Below are positions 11,434 to 23,428 of a stretch of 64,000 nucleotides of DNA, one piece after another; position 1 is the stretch's first letter, and each line of letters opens with the position of its first letter. The DNA comes from Nitrospirota bacterium (GTDB taxonomy: Bacteria; Nitrospirota; JACRHJ01): positions 155,018 through 219,017 of the forward strand of contig CAVTDB010000009.1 in the NCBI GenBank assembly GCA_963733375.1. Reading direction: 5' to 3'. The notes below the pieces were generated by a model. That model had not been told where the DNA came from and ran no database searches. It saw only the letters and a list, made by a program, of their open reading frames with translations. The translations under genes and the position numbers were made by a program.

Positions 11434-12146
11434 TTACTCCAGAAGCTCCGGCCTTCGGCTTTGCAGGAACTTCACCGCCCCGGCGGTCATAAAACCTTCC
11501 AGGATGCCGAGCGGGAGCTGGGTCGGCACGAATGCGAGCGCTATAGTATAGAAAAGTTTATAGAACTCTCCCGGCCCGTGCAGTGCGGAGGCAAGCTCAA
11601 ACGACGTCGTCGCGTATACGGCCCAGTCTCCGATAAGCCCCGCAAAGAACGCCGCAACGACCAGCGGCACGCTGAGTTTCGTAAGCCCCTTGAAGACTCG
11701 CATACCCGACGAAGGAACCGACTATCCCCATGGAGGTGATGTTCGCCCCCCACGTGGTTATCCCGCCGTGCGCAAGGAAAAGCGCCTGGAGCAGAAGCGC
11801 CACGGCCGTGGCAAGGATGCTGTACATCGGCCCTATGAGTATCGCCGCCATCGCGGTCCCGGCCGGGTGCGAGCACGTCCCCGCGGTCGGGACCGGGATG
11901 GGCATGCACGATACTATGAATATCGCCGCCGCCACCATGCCGAGAAGCGGCTTTTTCCTGCCGACGTTTTTGTCCTTTTTCAGTTTATAAAGCCCGAGGG
12001 CCACAAAGGGCATCGAGAGGCCATACCATAACGCGCACCAGTCAAACGGCAGGATGCCCTCGCCGATGTGCATGGCGTATGCGTTTACGGGTATGGCAAA
12101 GAGGGCGACAAGCGACCCCGCAACAAACAACTTTCTGACTTTTCAT
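11434..12146 (-). CDS. cbiM: ECF cobalt transporter substrate component with signal peptide (frameshifted)
   Basis: Leader ending AYA, then the mature MHIGEG motif, GTCSHPAG, FLAHGGITT and FVPTQLPLG. ATG at 12146 follows a GGAGG RBS. Confidence 0.92.
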
Positions 12147-12181
12147 TCCGCGCCTCCGGTTAAGGTCAAATCCCTCGAAAC

Positions 12182-12232
12182 AAAAAAATCCTCCCCGGGA
12201 GCACCCGCAAGCGGGTTTTAAGGGGAGGATTA
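12182..12232 (-). terminator. Intrinsic terminator, likely the riboswitch expression platform
   Basis: Minus strand AATCCTCCCC...GGGGAGGATT followed by a T-run, between the riboswitch and cbiM. Confidence 0.7.
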
Positions 12233-12292
12233 TACGTTTTTATAATCCAGATATGGATGCCGCCTCCTTTTCCATTAGAGGACGGCTTTATT

Positions 12293-12520
12293 TTCCGGCA
12301 GGTCTTCTGGCTCCCGGGTCTTCCTACTCCCCACGCCTTCCCATCCCTTAAGGACAGTGGCTTATCTTATGGGTTTCGTCACCGGTTACAGCGGCGGGTC
12401 CGCTCCCGGTTTAATCTCACCCCACCTGGCCTTTCGCGCTGCCGGAGGTGGAGAGTGTAACTCGGTAAGAGGCAAATTATACGGGATTCCCTTTTAAGCC
12501 CCGAAGGGCGCCGAAAATCA
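12293..12520 (-). ncRNA. Cobalamin riboswitch with an enlarged P4 region
   Basis: Minus strand has AAAAGGGAA, CCCGCCGCTGTAA, GCCACTG...GGGAAGGC and the B12 box AGCCAGAAGACCTGCC, upstream of cbiM. Confidence 0.93.
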
Positions 12521-12526
12521 AACCAA

Positions 12527-12555
12527 AATATATCCGAAGCGGGGAGCCATGTCAA
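12527..12555 (-). promoter_or_regulatory. Sigma70-type promoter for the riboswitch-cbiMNQO transcript
   Basis: TTGACA-N17-TATATT on the minus strand directly before the aptamer. Confidence 0.7.
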
Positions 12556-12576
12556 GAGATTCATTCTAAATAAGAA

Positions 12577-13156
12577 CGGCGGGTTAATTTGTAATTTTTT
12601 TTGACATGCTCTAATATTTCTTGTAGATAATCTGTGTCCCTGATTTTCCCTGTTTCATGCCAAGGAGGGTTCAATGCGGCTTTCAAAGGGTATTATCGCA
12701 GCTGCGTTTGTTTTCGTTTCGATCACGTTATCGTGCGCCTGCTCATGGGCGGGTATAAACGAAGACCTCTTCAAGGCGGCCATATACGGCGACGCCGAAG
12801 CAGTAAAGAGCTTGCTTGCCAAGGGCGCGGACGTGAACGCGAAGGATAAGGGCGGCGGGACGGCGCTGATGATGGCGATTAATAACAACCATGCCGGCGT
12901 TGTGCGCCTGCTGATCGATAAGGGCGCGGACGTGAACGCGTAAGGATAAGGACGGCTGGACGGCGTCTGATGGTGGCGAGTTATAAAGAGCCATCCGACG
13001 TTGTGCGCCTGCTGATCGATAAGGGCGCGGACGTGAACGCGAAGTCTTCCGACGGCAACACCGCGCTGTCGCTTGATATGAGCCATATGGACATTGAAAA
13101 AATGCTCAAGGCCGCGGGGGCGAAGGACGAGTAGACAAGGGCGGCGGGTTAATTTG
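12577..13156. repeat. 15-bp direct repeat CGGCGGGTTAATTTG flanking the ankyrin gene
   Basis: Identical copies at 12577-12591 and 13142-13156; 20 of 23 positions match when extended. Confidence 0.7.
12674..13134 (+). CDS. Secreted ankyrin-repeat protein (indels near 12941 and 12965)
   Basis: Signal peptide, then repeats LLAKGADVNAKD..G.TALM and LLIDKGADVNA twice (a ~42-nt exact DNA repeat); ends LKAAGAKDE*. Confidence 0.85.
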
Positions 13157-13506
13157 CAACGCTCTTAATAGCTCCTCCTGCTTCGCGCCCGAACTCATCG
13201 TAAAATAACCTCCATCAATATATAAATGACTTATCCGCCGATTTACCGGCGGGTATCGATTTCAGCCATTTTAAGGGACCGGGGCGGCTTTTGATGCATG
13301 GAAGGGGGTTTACGAATACATCGTTTTTTTGCGGGAATTAAACGAAATTCACTTTATTCCGCAAGGAGTTACGCTCGAAAATCGCCCGGTTTTTTCGCAC
13401 GGAAAATCGAATTTCGAAGCTCGGAACTATTTGAAAAATAAAGGTTACTTTGCGCCTGAACCGGCTTTTCCGCCCCCGGTCAGCCTTTAATCAAAGAGTA
13501 TTTATA

Positions 13507-13926
13507 TTAGACCAGGTTTTTCCCCGTGGTGGCCATGGTGAGCTTGCCGTGGACGACGCCCTTGGTGCCGATTAACCTGTCCGCGATCTTCTTCACCACC
13601 GAACTCTTTCCCCGGACGACCATCACTTCCAGGCAGTTGTGCTGGTCCAGGTGGACGTGGAGGTTGGATATTATGGAGTTATAAGAGTCGTGCTGGATGT
13701 CGTTCAAGGTATCCGGAAGCTCGCGGGTGTGGTGGTTATAGACCAGCGTAATCGTCCCCACCACCTCCTTGTCCGACTCCCACTCCCCTTCAACTAGCGA
13801 GTCCCGGATAAGGTCGCGGACGGCCTCGGAGCGGTTCGTGTAGCCCTTTTCGTTCAGGGAGCGGTCGAACCTGTCGATGAGCTTTCTGTCTATGGATATT
13901 GCGAACCTTGCCAGTCCTTTTGTCAT
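13507..13926 (-). CDS. nikR: Nickel-responsive transcriptional regulator
   Basis: RHH domain RFAISID...[11 protein letters not shown], plus YNHH, QH and [12 protein letters not shown]. Confidence 0.95.
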   Translation of the reverse strand: MTKGLARFAISIDRKLIDRFDRSLNEKGYTNRSEAVRDLIRDSLVEGEWESDKEVVGTITLVYNHHTRELPDTLNDIQHDSYNSIISNLHVHLDQHNCLEVMVVRGKSSVVKKIADRLIGTKGVVHGKLTMATTGKNLV

Positions 13927-14102
13927 GTTTGCCCCCCTCCTTAAGGTATTATTGCCATTTAAAAAAAACACTGTCAAGAAAAATTCTTCGGGAAACCATC
14001 CAAAAAAAACATGGGATTTACCCTACATTTATCTTGACAAGAGAAGTATGGTATTGATATTCTGTGACCGGCGCAGTTTTTAAGAAATTATTCAGGGACT
14101 TA

Positions 14103-14843
14103 ATGTACGAAGTCAGGGCCTACAGGGATTTTTCCCGTCCGGCGGACCTTGTCCCTTTTACCGTGGTGGTAAAGGAGACGGACCTTTTCATCCTGGCCCG
14201 GACGGACCTTAAGGAACTGGCGCTCGAAACGGTTATCAACCACCGGCACAAGCTGGAGTCTTTCATAAGGAAATACCCTGAATTCAAGACGTCGCTTTCT
14301 CCGGTAAAGATACCCGAGGGAGCGCCCGAAGTCGCCCGCATCATGGCCGTTAGCCGGGGAAGCCGCGGGCGTGGGCCCGATGGCCGCGGTCGCCGGGACA
14401 TTCTCGGAGCTTGTGGGAAACGCCTTGATGGAACGCTCCCCCGAGGTGATAGTAGAGAACGGCGGAGACATCTTCATCAATACGGTCAAGGAACGCTCCA
14501 TCGCCCTTTTTGCCGGAGATTCTCCGCTTTCCGGCAAGGTCGGGATAAAAATATCTCCCGGCGACTGCCCGCTCGGCGTCTGCACGTCGTCGGGCAAGGT
14601 AGGGCCTTCTCTGTCGCTTGGGCTTGCGCACGCGGCCTGCATAATAGCCAAATCCGCAGCCCTTGCGGACGCCGCGGCCACGGCCGCCGGAAACGCCGTC
14701 AAGGCCGAAGGCGACGTAAAGGCGGGGTTGGACATAGCCGCGAAGATAGAGGGCGTCCTGGGCGCGGTGATAATTTCAGGCGATAAACTGGGCGCATGGG
14801 GAAAGGTGGAACTGGTGGAAATATCCATCTCCGGGAGGGGCGA

Positions 14844-14847
<4 letters not shown>
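14103..14847 (+). CDS. UPF0280 / ApbE-like family protein (1 frameshift)
   Basis: [47 protein letters not shown]. Confidence 0.85.
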
Positions 14848-15773
<926 letters not shown>

Positions 15774-15790
15774 TTATCTGGAGGGAACGT

Positions 15791-16255
15791 ATGCAGTTAT
15801 CCACTAAAGGGAGATACGCGGTACGCGCCATGTTCGACCTCTCCTTTTATTCAAAAGGGGAGCCGGTGCCGCTTTCGAGGATTTCCGAGCGCGAGGAGAT
15901 ATCTCTTCATTACCTTGAGCAACTCTTTAACAGGCTGAGGAAGGGCGGCGTCGTCGAGTCCGTCCGGGGCCCGTCCGGCGGTTTCAGGCTTTCGAGAAAA
16001 CCGGCCGAGATTACCGTCGAGGAGATAATCCGGGTGGTCGAGGGCAACATAATGCCGGTGAACTGCGTGGAGGCCAAGGACAAGAAGAAGATATGCCACC
16101 GCGCGGACAAATGCGTGACTTTCATCCTCTGGAAGAGGCTTGGCGGCCATATCACGGACTACCTCTCCTCCGTCACGCTTCAGGACCTGGTGGACGAGGC
16201 CAGGGAGATGCAGGAGTCGGGCAAGGTAAGCCACGACTACATGTTTTACATTTAA
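15791..16255 (+). CDS. Rrf2-family regulator with three C-terminal Cys (IscR/CymR-like)
   Basis: STKGRYAVRAM, YLEQLF, SVRGPSGG, and NC..x..C..x..C. Confidence 0.9.
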   Translation: MQLSTKGRYAVRAMFDLSFYSKGEPVPLSRISEREEISLHYLEQLFNRLRKGGVVESVRGPSGGFRLSRKPAEITVEEIIRVVEGNIMPVNCVEAKDKKKICHRADKCVTFILWKRLGGHITDYLSSVTLQDLVDEAREMQESGKVSHDYMFYI

Positions 16256-16276
16256 GAACACCGGGGCGAGAATCCT

Positions 16277-17218
16277 ATGGACGACCATAAGCTGAAAGTT
16301 TTTTGCACGGTCGCCGATACGAAGAGTTTTTCCAAGACTTCGGAAATAATACACCTGACCCAGCCCGCGGTGAGCCTCCAGATACAGGCGCTCGAAGAGC
16401 TGTACGAGACGAAACTTTTCGACCGCTCCGGCGGCTCGGTAACGCTCACGCCCGCGGGTGAGCTTCTATATAAGTACGCGAAAGATATCCTGGGGCTGTA
16501 CGCCTCCGCCAGAAGGGACATAAACGCGATGATAGGCCTGGTGAAGGGAAACCTCTCCATCGGCGCCTCCACGACCGTCGGGAACTACCTCCTGCCCTCG
16601 GTTATAGTCAGCTTCCGCAAAAACCACCCCCGCATCTGGACGAACCTCGTCGTAGGCAACACGAAGATTATCGTCGAGAAGCTCCTTTCCGGGGAGATAG
16701 ACCTGGGGATAGTGGAAGGGGACGTGGCGAAGCACAACCTCGTGGTGGAGAAGCTTATCCCGGACGAGATGGTCGTCATCATGAGCCCGGACCACGAATG
16801 GGCCAAAAGGAAGAACCTCTCGATATCCGAGCTTTCGAAGGAGCCGCTGATAATGCGGGAAAAAGGCTCCGGCACAAGGCAGATGGTGGAGAAGTTCCTG
16901 GAGGAGAACCAGGTGTCGCCGGACAGCCTGAAGGTTACGCTGGTCATGGGCTCCACGGAGGCGATAAAGACCGCCGTGGAAGACGGACTCGGCATTTCCA
17001 TCCTCTCGGCCTGGGCGGCCAGGAAAGAGCTGAAAGCGGGCCTTCTCGTGGCCAACACCTTCAAGGACGCCCGGTTAACCCGCTATTTCAGCCTCATCCA
17101 GAGGAAAAAAGGGTTCACGTCGCACACGCTGGGCGAGTTCCTGGAGTTCCTGAGGATATACCAGTACGAAGACCCGCTCATCGCTTCACAATCGTCGCAG
17201 TCATCACAATCCTATTGA
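16277..17218 (+). CDS. LysR-family regulator (CysL-like)
   Basis: HTH SFSKT...LTQPAVSLQI; GASTTVGNY; REKGSGTR; GSTEAIK. Confidence 0.9.
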   Translation: MDDHKLKVFCTVADTKSFSKTSEIIHLTQPAVSLQIQALEELYETKLFDRSGGSVTLTPAGELLYKYAKDILGLYASARRDINAMIGLVKGNLSIGASTTVGNYLLPSVIVSFRKNHPRIWTNLVVGNTKIIVEKLLSGEIDLGIVEGDVAKHNLVVEKLIPDEMVVIMSPDHEWAKRKNLSISELSKEPLIMREKGSGTRQMVEKFLEENQVSPDSLKVTLVMGSTEAIKTAVEDGLGISILSAWAARKELKAGLLVANTFKDARLTRYFSLIQRKKGFTSHTLGEFLEFLRIYQYEDPLIASQSSQSSQSY

Positions 17219-17249
17219 TTTGGCATAAAGTTCGGGTATAATACCGAAT

Positions 17250-17531
17250 ATGAGATTAACTCAGCAACAGATACGCTCGGTTTCCGAAGGAGTGGTCAAA
17301 GAAGCCGTCCGGCGCCGGGCGCTTAAGCTACTCGTCCCGGACGAGGAGGCTTTCGCCCTGGTCGAGAAGGCGATAGCCGAGGACCTGATGGTGGAAGACC
17401 GCTTGAACGAGGAAGTGAAACAGATACTGAAGACTTACGAGCGCGAGATAGAGCAGGGCCGCGCGGACTATAAGACCATGTTCGACCTGGTCAAAAAGAA
17501 GCTCGTGCGCGAGCGGGGACTGGTGCTTTAA
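17250..17531 (+). CDS. DUF507-family protein
   Basis: EDRLNEEVKQIL...MFDLVKKKLVRERGLVL. Confidence 0.7.
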   Translation: MRLTQQQIRSVSEGVVKEAVRRRALKLLVPDEEAFALVEKAIAEDLMVEDRLNEEVKQILKTYEREIEQGRADYKTMFDLVKKKLVRERGLVL

Positions 17532-17813
17532 ATGAAACTCTCCGACGACAAGGTAGCCCACCTCTCTCACGTCGTATTCGACGCGCTTGTAAAGAGCGGC
17601 GCGGCGGAAGTCCCGGACAAAGACGACGCGCGGGCCCGGCGCGAGCTTAAGCAGGCAATCGCGAAAACCGTGGCGGGTGAAGAGGAACTGGAAGAGACGG
17701 TCAGGAAAAAAGTCCTCTCTTACTCCCGGAAGGTCGTGGAAGGAAGCCAGGAGTGGGATATACTCTTCCATAAGCATTATCAGGAAGAGCTGAAAAAAAA
17801 GGGCAAGGGTTAA
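17532..17813 (+). CDS. DUF507-family protein (second of a tandem pair)
   Basis: MKLSDDKVAHLSH...SYSRKVVEGSQEWDILFHKHYQEEL. Confidence 0.7.
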   Translation: MKLSDDKVAHLSHVVFDALVKSGAAEVPDKDDARARRELKQAIAKTVAGEEELEETVRKKVLSYSRKVVEGSQEWDILFHKHYQEELKKKGKG

Positions 17814-17837
17814 TCCTTCGGCCGGAGGTGTACGCAG

Positions 17838-19928
17838 TTGTCAAGTTCAACCGAATCCGGCGGTTTCTTAAGAAGAAATTACCTGGCGATCTTCGTCTTC
17901 CTGGCTTACGCGGAGGCCGCCGTCAGCCCCTTCATGGACCTGAAATGGGACTCGCCGTTCCTCGTTTTCTGGTCCGCCCTGCTTTTATCACTCCTGACAA
18001 TCAGTTTTTTCAAGCTGCTCCACCCCGTGGCGCAGGCGCGGGCGGACCTCTGTTTCGTCGTCTCTTTAATCCTGGCGCTGGACCTTTTCTCCGTCCTTCT
18101 GGGTCCCGACAGCCATTGGCTCCAGCCGATGAACTATGTCTTAATCGCGCTCTGCGCGGTCTATTACTCGCTGGGCTTTAATTTCATAGTCGCCGCCCTT
18201 ATCTTCGTCCTTCAGTTAATGGGCGTAATCTCCGCGGGCCCCGCGCCTAAATCCTTCGCCAGTCTTGCCGTCTTCGGCGCATATCTTCTGGGCACCGCCA
18301 TAATCCTTGGCAGGCTCTTTCAGTCTGAGCAGAAAAAGAAAGAAAAAGCCATGCTGGCGGTCCGCAGGATACATGAAGGCGCGGCGGGCCTGACCCCGGG
18401 AGAGGAGCAGCAGTTATCCTCCATCTCCCCGCAGGGCCGTTTTTCAAACCTGGTGGAGACCGCGGCGGAGCTTGACAGGGTGTTGGAGGAGCTTCTCCTG
18501 ACGGTTAAAACTGCCATCCCCTGCGACAACGCGATGATTTTCATGGCTACGGAGGATGAGGGCAGGCTTTATCTGCGCCTGTATATAGGCAGCTCCGAAC
18601 TGGCCGACTCCCCGGAAATTGCCCTGGGCCAGGGACTTACGGGATGGGTGGCGAAGGAGAAGAAGCCGGTGCTGGTGAAAGACGGCGCCCACGGCCTCGG
18701 CTACTTGAAAGACGAGCGGGAGGTAAACGCGTTTCTCGCCGTGCCTATAATGAACGGCGGTTTCCTGGAAGGCGTTATCGCGCTGGACTGCTCCACCGGC
18801 TCCTTTACTGAAAAAGATAAAGAAAGCTTGACCGGGTTCGCCTCTCTCGCCCTTCACGTCCTCCAGAACGCAAGGGCATATCAGCGGGTGGACATGTCCG
18901 CCAAGGAGTTCGAGGCCCTGCACCGGATAAGCGCGGAACTTTCCTCCAGCCTCGACCTTAAAACGATATTGGAGAAGCTGGCGACGTGCTCGCGGGAGAT
19001 AATCGCCTACGACTATCTGACCGTATCTTTCATGGAGGGGCCGGACACCGCGGCATTCAAGATATTAAAGGGATACGACGGCCTTAAAATCCCGGAAGGT
19101 CCCGTCCCTCTCGCCGGGAGCCTGCTGGGGTGGATCGTGGAGAACAGGCAGGAGCTTTGCTTCACGGACTTGGACCAGCGGGCTCAGAAACTCCCCGTCT
19201 TTCCGGACGGACTGCTGAAGACGGAGTTCAAATCTTTTCTTGGAATACCCTTCTTAAGCCAGGACGCGTGCATGGGCGTCTTTACGATAGCCATGCGCGC
19301 GCCCGACGCGATAACAGCCTACCAGCACCAGACCCTGTCCATTATAGCGAACCAGGTAGCCGTCAATATCGCCAACGCGAAGTTCCACCACATGATGGAG
19401 AAGATGGCTACGACCGACGGCCTGACCGGGCTTACAAACCACAGGGCTTTCCAGGAGAAGGCGGACCAGGAGTTCGAAAGGGCCCAGAGATACCCTCAGT
19501 CGATCGCGCTTTTGCTCTTCGATATCGACCACTTCAAGAAGATCAACGACAGCTACGGCCACCCCGTCGGGGACGCGGTGCTGAAGAAAATAGGAAAGCT
19601 CTTAAACGAAACGGTGCGCACGGTGGATGTGGCGGCCCGCTACGGCGGAGAAGAGTTCGTCGCGCTCCTCGTAAACACCGACTTCAAGGGCGCCTCCCAG
19701 ATGGCCGAGAGGATACGCGCCAGCATAGAGAAAAGCAAGTTCCTCTTAAACGGCCAGAGGATACCCGTCACCGTAAGCGTCGGCTTCGCCGTCTTCCCGG
19801 AAGACGCGAAGGAAAAGAGTGCGCTTATAGAGATGGCCGACCAGGCCTTGTATGCCGCCAAGGACGGCGGCCGCAACCAGTGCCGCGCTTACAAGGAGAT
19901 CGCGGCAACGGCGTCTTCTTCGCGTTAA
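17838..19928 (+). CDS. Membrane-anchored GAF-GAF diguanylate cyclase
   Basis: About 5-6 N-terminal TM helices, two GAF-like domains, TDGLTGL, DIDHFKKINDSYGH, RxxD I-site (RTVD) and an intact GGEEF. Confidence 0.92.
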   Translation: MSSSTESGGFLRRNYLAIFVFLAYAEAAVSPFMDLKWDSPFLVFWSALLLSLLTISFFKLLHPVAQARADLCFVVSLILALDLFSVLLGPDSHWLQPMNYVLIALCAVYYSLGFNFIVAALIFVLQLMGVISAGPAPKSFASLAVFGAYLLGTAIILGRLFQSEQKKKEKAMLAVRRIHEGAAGLTPGEEQQLSSISPQGRFSNLVETAAELDRVLEELLLTVKTAIPCDNAMIFMATEDEGRLYLRLYIGSSELADSPEIALGQGLTGWVAKEKKPVLVKDGAHGLGYLKDEREVNAFLAVPIMNGGFLEGVIALDCSTGSFTEKDKESLTGFASLALHVLQNARAYQRVDMSAKEFEALHRISAELSSSLDLKTILEKLATCSREIIAYDYLTVSFMEGPDTAAFKILKGYDGLKIPEGPVPLAGSLLGWIVENRQELCFTDLDQRAQKLPVFPDGLLKTEFKSFLGIPFLSQDACMGVFTIAMRAPDAITAYQHQTLSIIANQVAVNIANAKFHHMMEKMATTDGLTGLTNHRAFQEKADQEFERAQRYPQSIALLLFDIDHFKKINDSYGHPVGDAVLKKIGKLLNETVRTVDVAARYGGEEFVALLVNTDFKGASQMAERIRASIEKSKFLLNGQRIPVTVSVGFAVFPEDAKEKSALIEMADQALYAAKDGGRNQCRAYKEIAATASSSR

Positions 19929-20038
19929 AACCGTTACTTTCTTTTCGGGAAAAGAAAGTAACACAAAGAAAAGCTGGACTTTAACCCCCGCTTTCTTTTG
20001 TGTTACTTTTCTTTCCCGCGAAAGAAAAGTAACGGTTT
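19927..20038. repeat. REPIN-like element made of two inverted A-type palindromes
   Basis: GTTACTTTCTTTTC-GG-GAAAAGAAAGTAAC (19933-19962) and GTTACTTTTCTTTC-CCGC-GAAAGAAAAGTAAC (20002-20033), arranged as a nested inverted pair. Confidence 0.85.
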
Positions 20039-20113
20039 GCCTTTCTCTTTGACACCAGCCTATACATCATATAAAATTTAATAGAAAATACAAATACATC
20101 CGCGGGGGTTATA

Positions 20114-22205
20114 TTGCTCGACAAATTCTTCAACCCCTCTTACGTGGCCGTGATAGGCGCCGCCAGAGACCCGGCAAAAGTCGGCCACAGCATCCTCAAG
20201 AACCTGAAATCGAACGGCTATGCGGGAGCGCTCTATCCGGTCAACCCCAATGCCAAAAGGATACTTGGGCTTAAGTCTTATCCCGGCGTATTGTCTATCC
20301 CCGGGCCGGTAGACTTGGCGGTAATCGCCGTCCCAAGCAGGTTCGTGGTGGACGCGGTCAAGGATTGCGGGAAAAAAGGCGTACCCGCCGCGATAGTCAT
20401 TACCGCCGGTTTCAAGGAGACGGGCGAAGAAGGACAGATTTTGGAGCAGCGCCTGTTAGAGGTCGCCGCCGCAAACAAAGTCCGCATCCTCGGCCCGAAC
20501 TGCCTGGGCCTCATCAACACCGCAAACGGGGTGAACGCGTCGTTTGCCTCCCTGATGCCAAAAAAAGGGAGCATCGCTTTCTTTTCACAATCCGGCGCGC
20601 TCTGCACGGCAATACTGGACTGGTCCCTGGTGCGCGGCGTTGGTTTTTCCAAGTTCATCTCGCTCGGCAACAAATCCGACATAAGCGAGCTGGATCTACT
20701 GGAATACCTGGCGGACGACCCGCAAACGCGGGTAATACTGGGTTATATCGAAGGCATAAGCAATGGCCGCGCGTTTATGGAAAAGGCTTCGAAGGTAGTC
20801 CGGAAGAAACCGATGGTGGTGATGAAGGGGGGCGGGACAGCCGCCGGGGCAAGGGCCGCGTCGTCTCACACCGGGTCGCTTGCCGGGTCGGAGAACGCGT
20901 TCGACGCGGCGTTCAAGCAGACAGGGGTGCTGCGGGCGCACACGATAGAGGACCTTTTCAATTTCGCTCTCGCCTTCGCCGATAACCCCATCCCCAGGGG
21001 CCCCGGCCTTTGCATCGTCACCAACGCGGGCGGACCCGGTATAATCGCGGCTGACGCCTGCGAGCACTCTGCCGCGAAGATGGCGGAGCTGTCGTCGGAT
21101 ACGGTTGCCGCCCTGCGCAAAAGCCTCCCGCCGACAGCCGGTTTTTATAACCCGGTGGACGTGATAGGCGACGCAAAGGCGGACCGGTATGCGAGCGCGA
21201 TGACGACAGTGCTGGACGACCCGGGCGTGGACGGATGTCTTGTCATATTGACGCCCCAGGCGATGACGGAGGTGGAGGATACGGCGAAAGCGGTCCTCGA
21301 CTTGAGTGAGCGCAAGACGAAACCGGTCCTGACCTGCTTCATGGGCGGAAACAGCATAAAAAAAGGGGTAGCGTTACTGCAGGCCGGCGGGCTTCCGACA
21401 TATCCGTACCCGGAAGACGGGATAAGGGCTTTCGATGCGCTCGTGAGATACCGGGAGGCGAGAGAAAGGCCCGAGCCGAGGCTCACGCATTTTGACGTGG
21501 ACAAAGAAAGGGTGCGCGGGGTAATATCCGGTGCGCGTGAGGCCCGCAAAAGAGAACTGGGCGAGAAGGACGCGCGGGAGATAATATCCGCCTACGGCTT
21601 CCGTATTCCAAGGAACGTGCTGGCCAGGACATCCGCCGAAGCCGTGAAGGCCGCGGCCGATATCGGCTTCCCGGTCGTGATGAAGATCGCGTCCCCGGAT
21701 ATCCTGCACAAGACGGATATCGGCGGGGTGCGGATAGGCCTTCGGAACCGCGCGCGAGGTGGAGGCGGCTTTCCTGGAGATAACCTCCAACGCCCACAGG
21801 TTACTGCCCGCGGCGATGGTATGGGGCTGCATGGTGCAGGAGATGGTGACGGGCGGGAAAGAGGTTATCCTGGGGATGACGCTCGACCACCAGTTCGGCC
21901 CGATGATAATGTTCGGCATGGGCGGGATATACGTGGAGGCGCTTGGGGACGTATCGTTTCGGATCGCGCCCGTCGGTGTGGAAGAGGCCTCGTCCATGAT
22001 GGAGGAGACGCGTTCTTTCAGGCTTCTTAAAGGTCTTCGCGGCGAGAAACCGTCGGACTTGAACGCGACAAGGGATTATATTTTGAGGCTTTCCCAGCTC
22101 GTGACCGATTTCCCGGAAATAGTGGAGATGGATATTAACCCCCTCCTGGTGCTGCCGGAGGGCGAAGGCGCAGTCGCCATCGACGCGAGGGTCGTGCTAA
22201 GCTAA
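20114..22205 (+). CDS. ADP-forming acetate/acyl-CoA ligase, fused alpha-beta (1 frameshift)
   Basis: CoA-binding domain, GPNCLG, SQSGAL, SHTGSLAG (catalytic His), NPVDV.GDA, and ATP-grasp domain with HKTDIGGV and DINPL. Confidence 0.9.
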
Positions 22206-22216
22206 GCCGGTAAAAA

Positions 22217-22327
22217 AACCGTTACTTTTCTTTCAGGTGAAAGAAAAGTAACACAAAAGAAAGCCGGGACGGTAAAAGCCAGTTTAAAAGTTTTTGGCGT
22301 TACCTTTTTACAAAAAAGGTAACGGTT
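22217..22327. repeat. REPIN-like composite (A-type plus B-type palindrome)
   Basis: GTTACTTTTCTTTC..GAAAGAAAAGTAAC followed by TTTAAAAGTTTTTGGCGTTACCTTTTTACAAAAAAGGTAAC. Confidence 0.85.
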
Positions 22328-22340
22328 CTGGAGGGGAAAA

Positions 22341-23428
22341 ATGGTCCCGCTATATGTAGGTTCCACTACGAGCTACTCCGGCAAAAGCCTCGTCTCTTTG
22401 GGCCTTGCGCTGAAGATGCAGGAAGACGGGCTGAAGGTAATGTACATGAAGCCTTACGGGAGGGTGCCGACAGTCGAGGGCGGCGTCCTGACGGACGGCG
22501 ACGTGCTGTTCATGAAAAAAAGGCTGAACCTGCCGGGGCCGGTGGAGAGGCTCTGTCCCGTGGTATATTCGCGCGACCTGATGGCGGGGTCCCTTCATGG
22601 GCGCGACAAGGACCTTCTGAAGAAATTCATGGCCGCATATAAAGCAGTCTCCAAAGGCGCGGACGTCGTAATCCTGGGCGGGGCGCGGGATATCTTCGAC
22701 GGCCAATCGATTGGCATATCCGGTGTCCGCATAATAAAGGAGACGGGCGCCAAGGCGGTCATGGTGGACCCGTTCACCGGAGAGGTATGCATCGACTGCC
22801 TGCTGTCCCTGAAGGACCTCCTGGGGGACAGCCTCATAGGCGCCGTGATAAACCGCGTCCCCCGGAAGGCATGGACTACATAAAAGAGACCGCCGGGCCA
22901 TACCTTAAAAAGAAAGGCATCCCCCTGCTGGGAATACTCCCCGTCGACCTGGTCCTGAACTCGATAACCGTGCGCCAGGTGATCGAATCCATAGGCGGGA
23001 CGCTCCTGTGCTGCGAGGATAGACTGGACGAACTGGTCGAGAACCTGTCCATCGGCGCGATGGACGTGGAGAACGCGCTAAAATATTTCAGGCGTACCCA
23101 CAACAAGGCCGTCATAACCGGAGGCCACCGCGCCGACATCCAACTCGCGGCGCTGGAGACCTCGACGAAATGCCTTATCCTGACAGGAGACCTTCTGCCA
23201 AACGCCCTTATCATCGCGAAGGCGAAGCTGTCCGGCGTCCCGGTAATATCCGTAAAGGGCGATACGCTCTCGACCGTCAATCGGCTGGAGTCGGTGCTGG
23301 GCAAGGTGCGGATACGCGAAGAAGAAAAGGTCGGACGGGCGATGGAACTCATGCAAAAGCACTTCGATTTCGATATGCTCTACGAGAAGATGGGCATAAA
23401 GAAACCCTTAGGCAAAAGAGGCGCCTGA
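22341..23428 (+). CDS. Phosphotransacetylase-family protein with BioD-like and DRTGG domains only (1 frameshift)
   Basis: YSGKSLVSLGL, YMKPYG, IGAMD, AVITGGHRADIQLAAL, LILTG; no PTA_PTB catalytic domain. Confidence 0.85.

Noticed and set aside
13946-13972. Possible NikR operator GTATTA...AAACAC upstream of nikR
   Set aside because: The palindrome is too degenerate within an AT-rich spacer to support by eye.
19927-22327. Palindromic repeats as a CRISPR array or integron attC sites
   Set aside because: There is no regular repeat-spacer periodicity, no cas or integrase gene, and the copies are dispersed between housekeeping genes.
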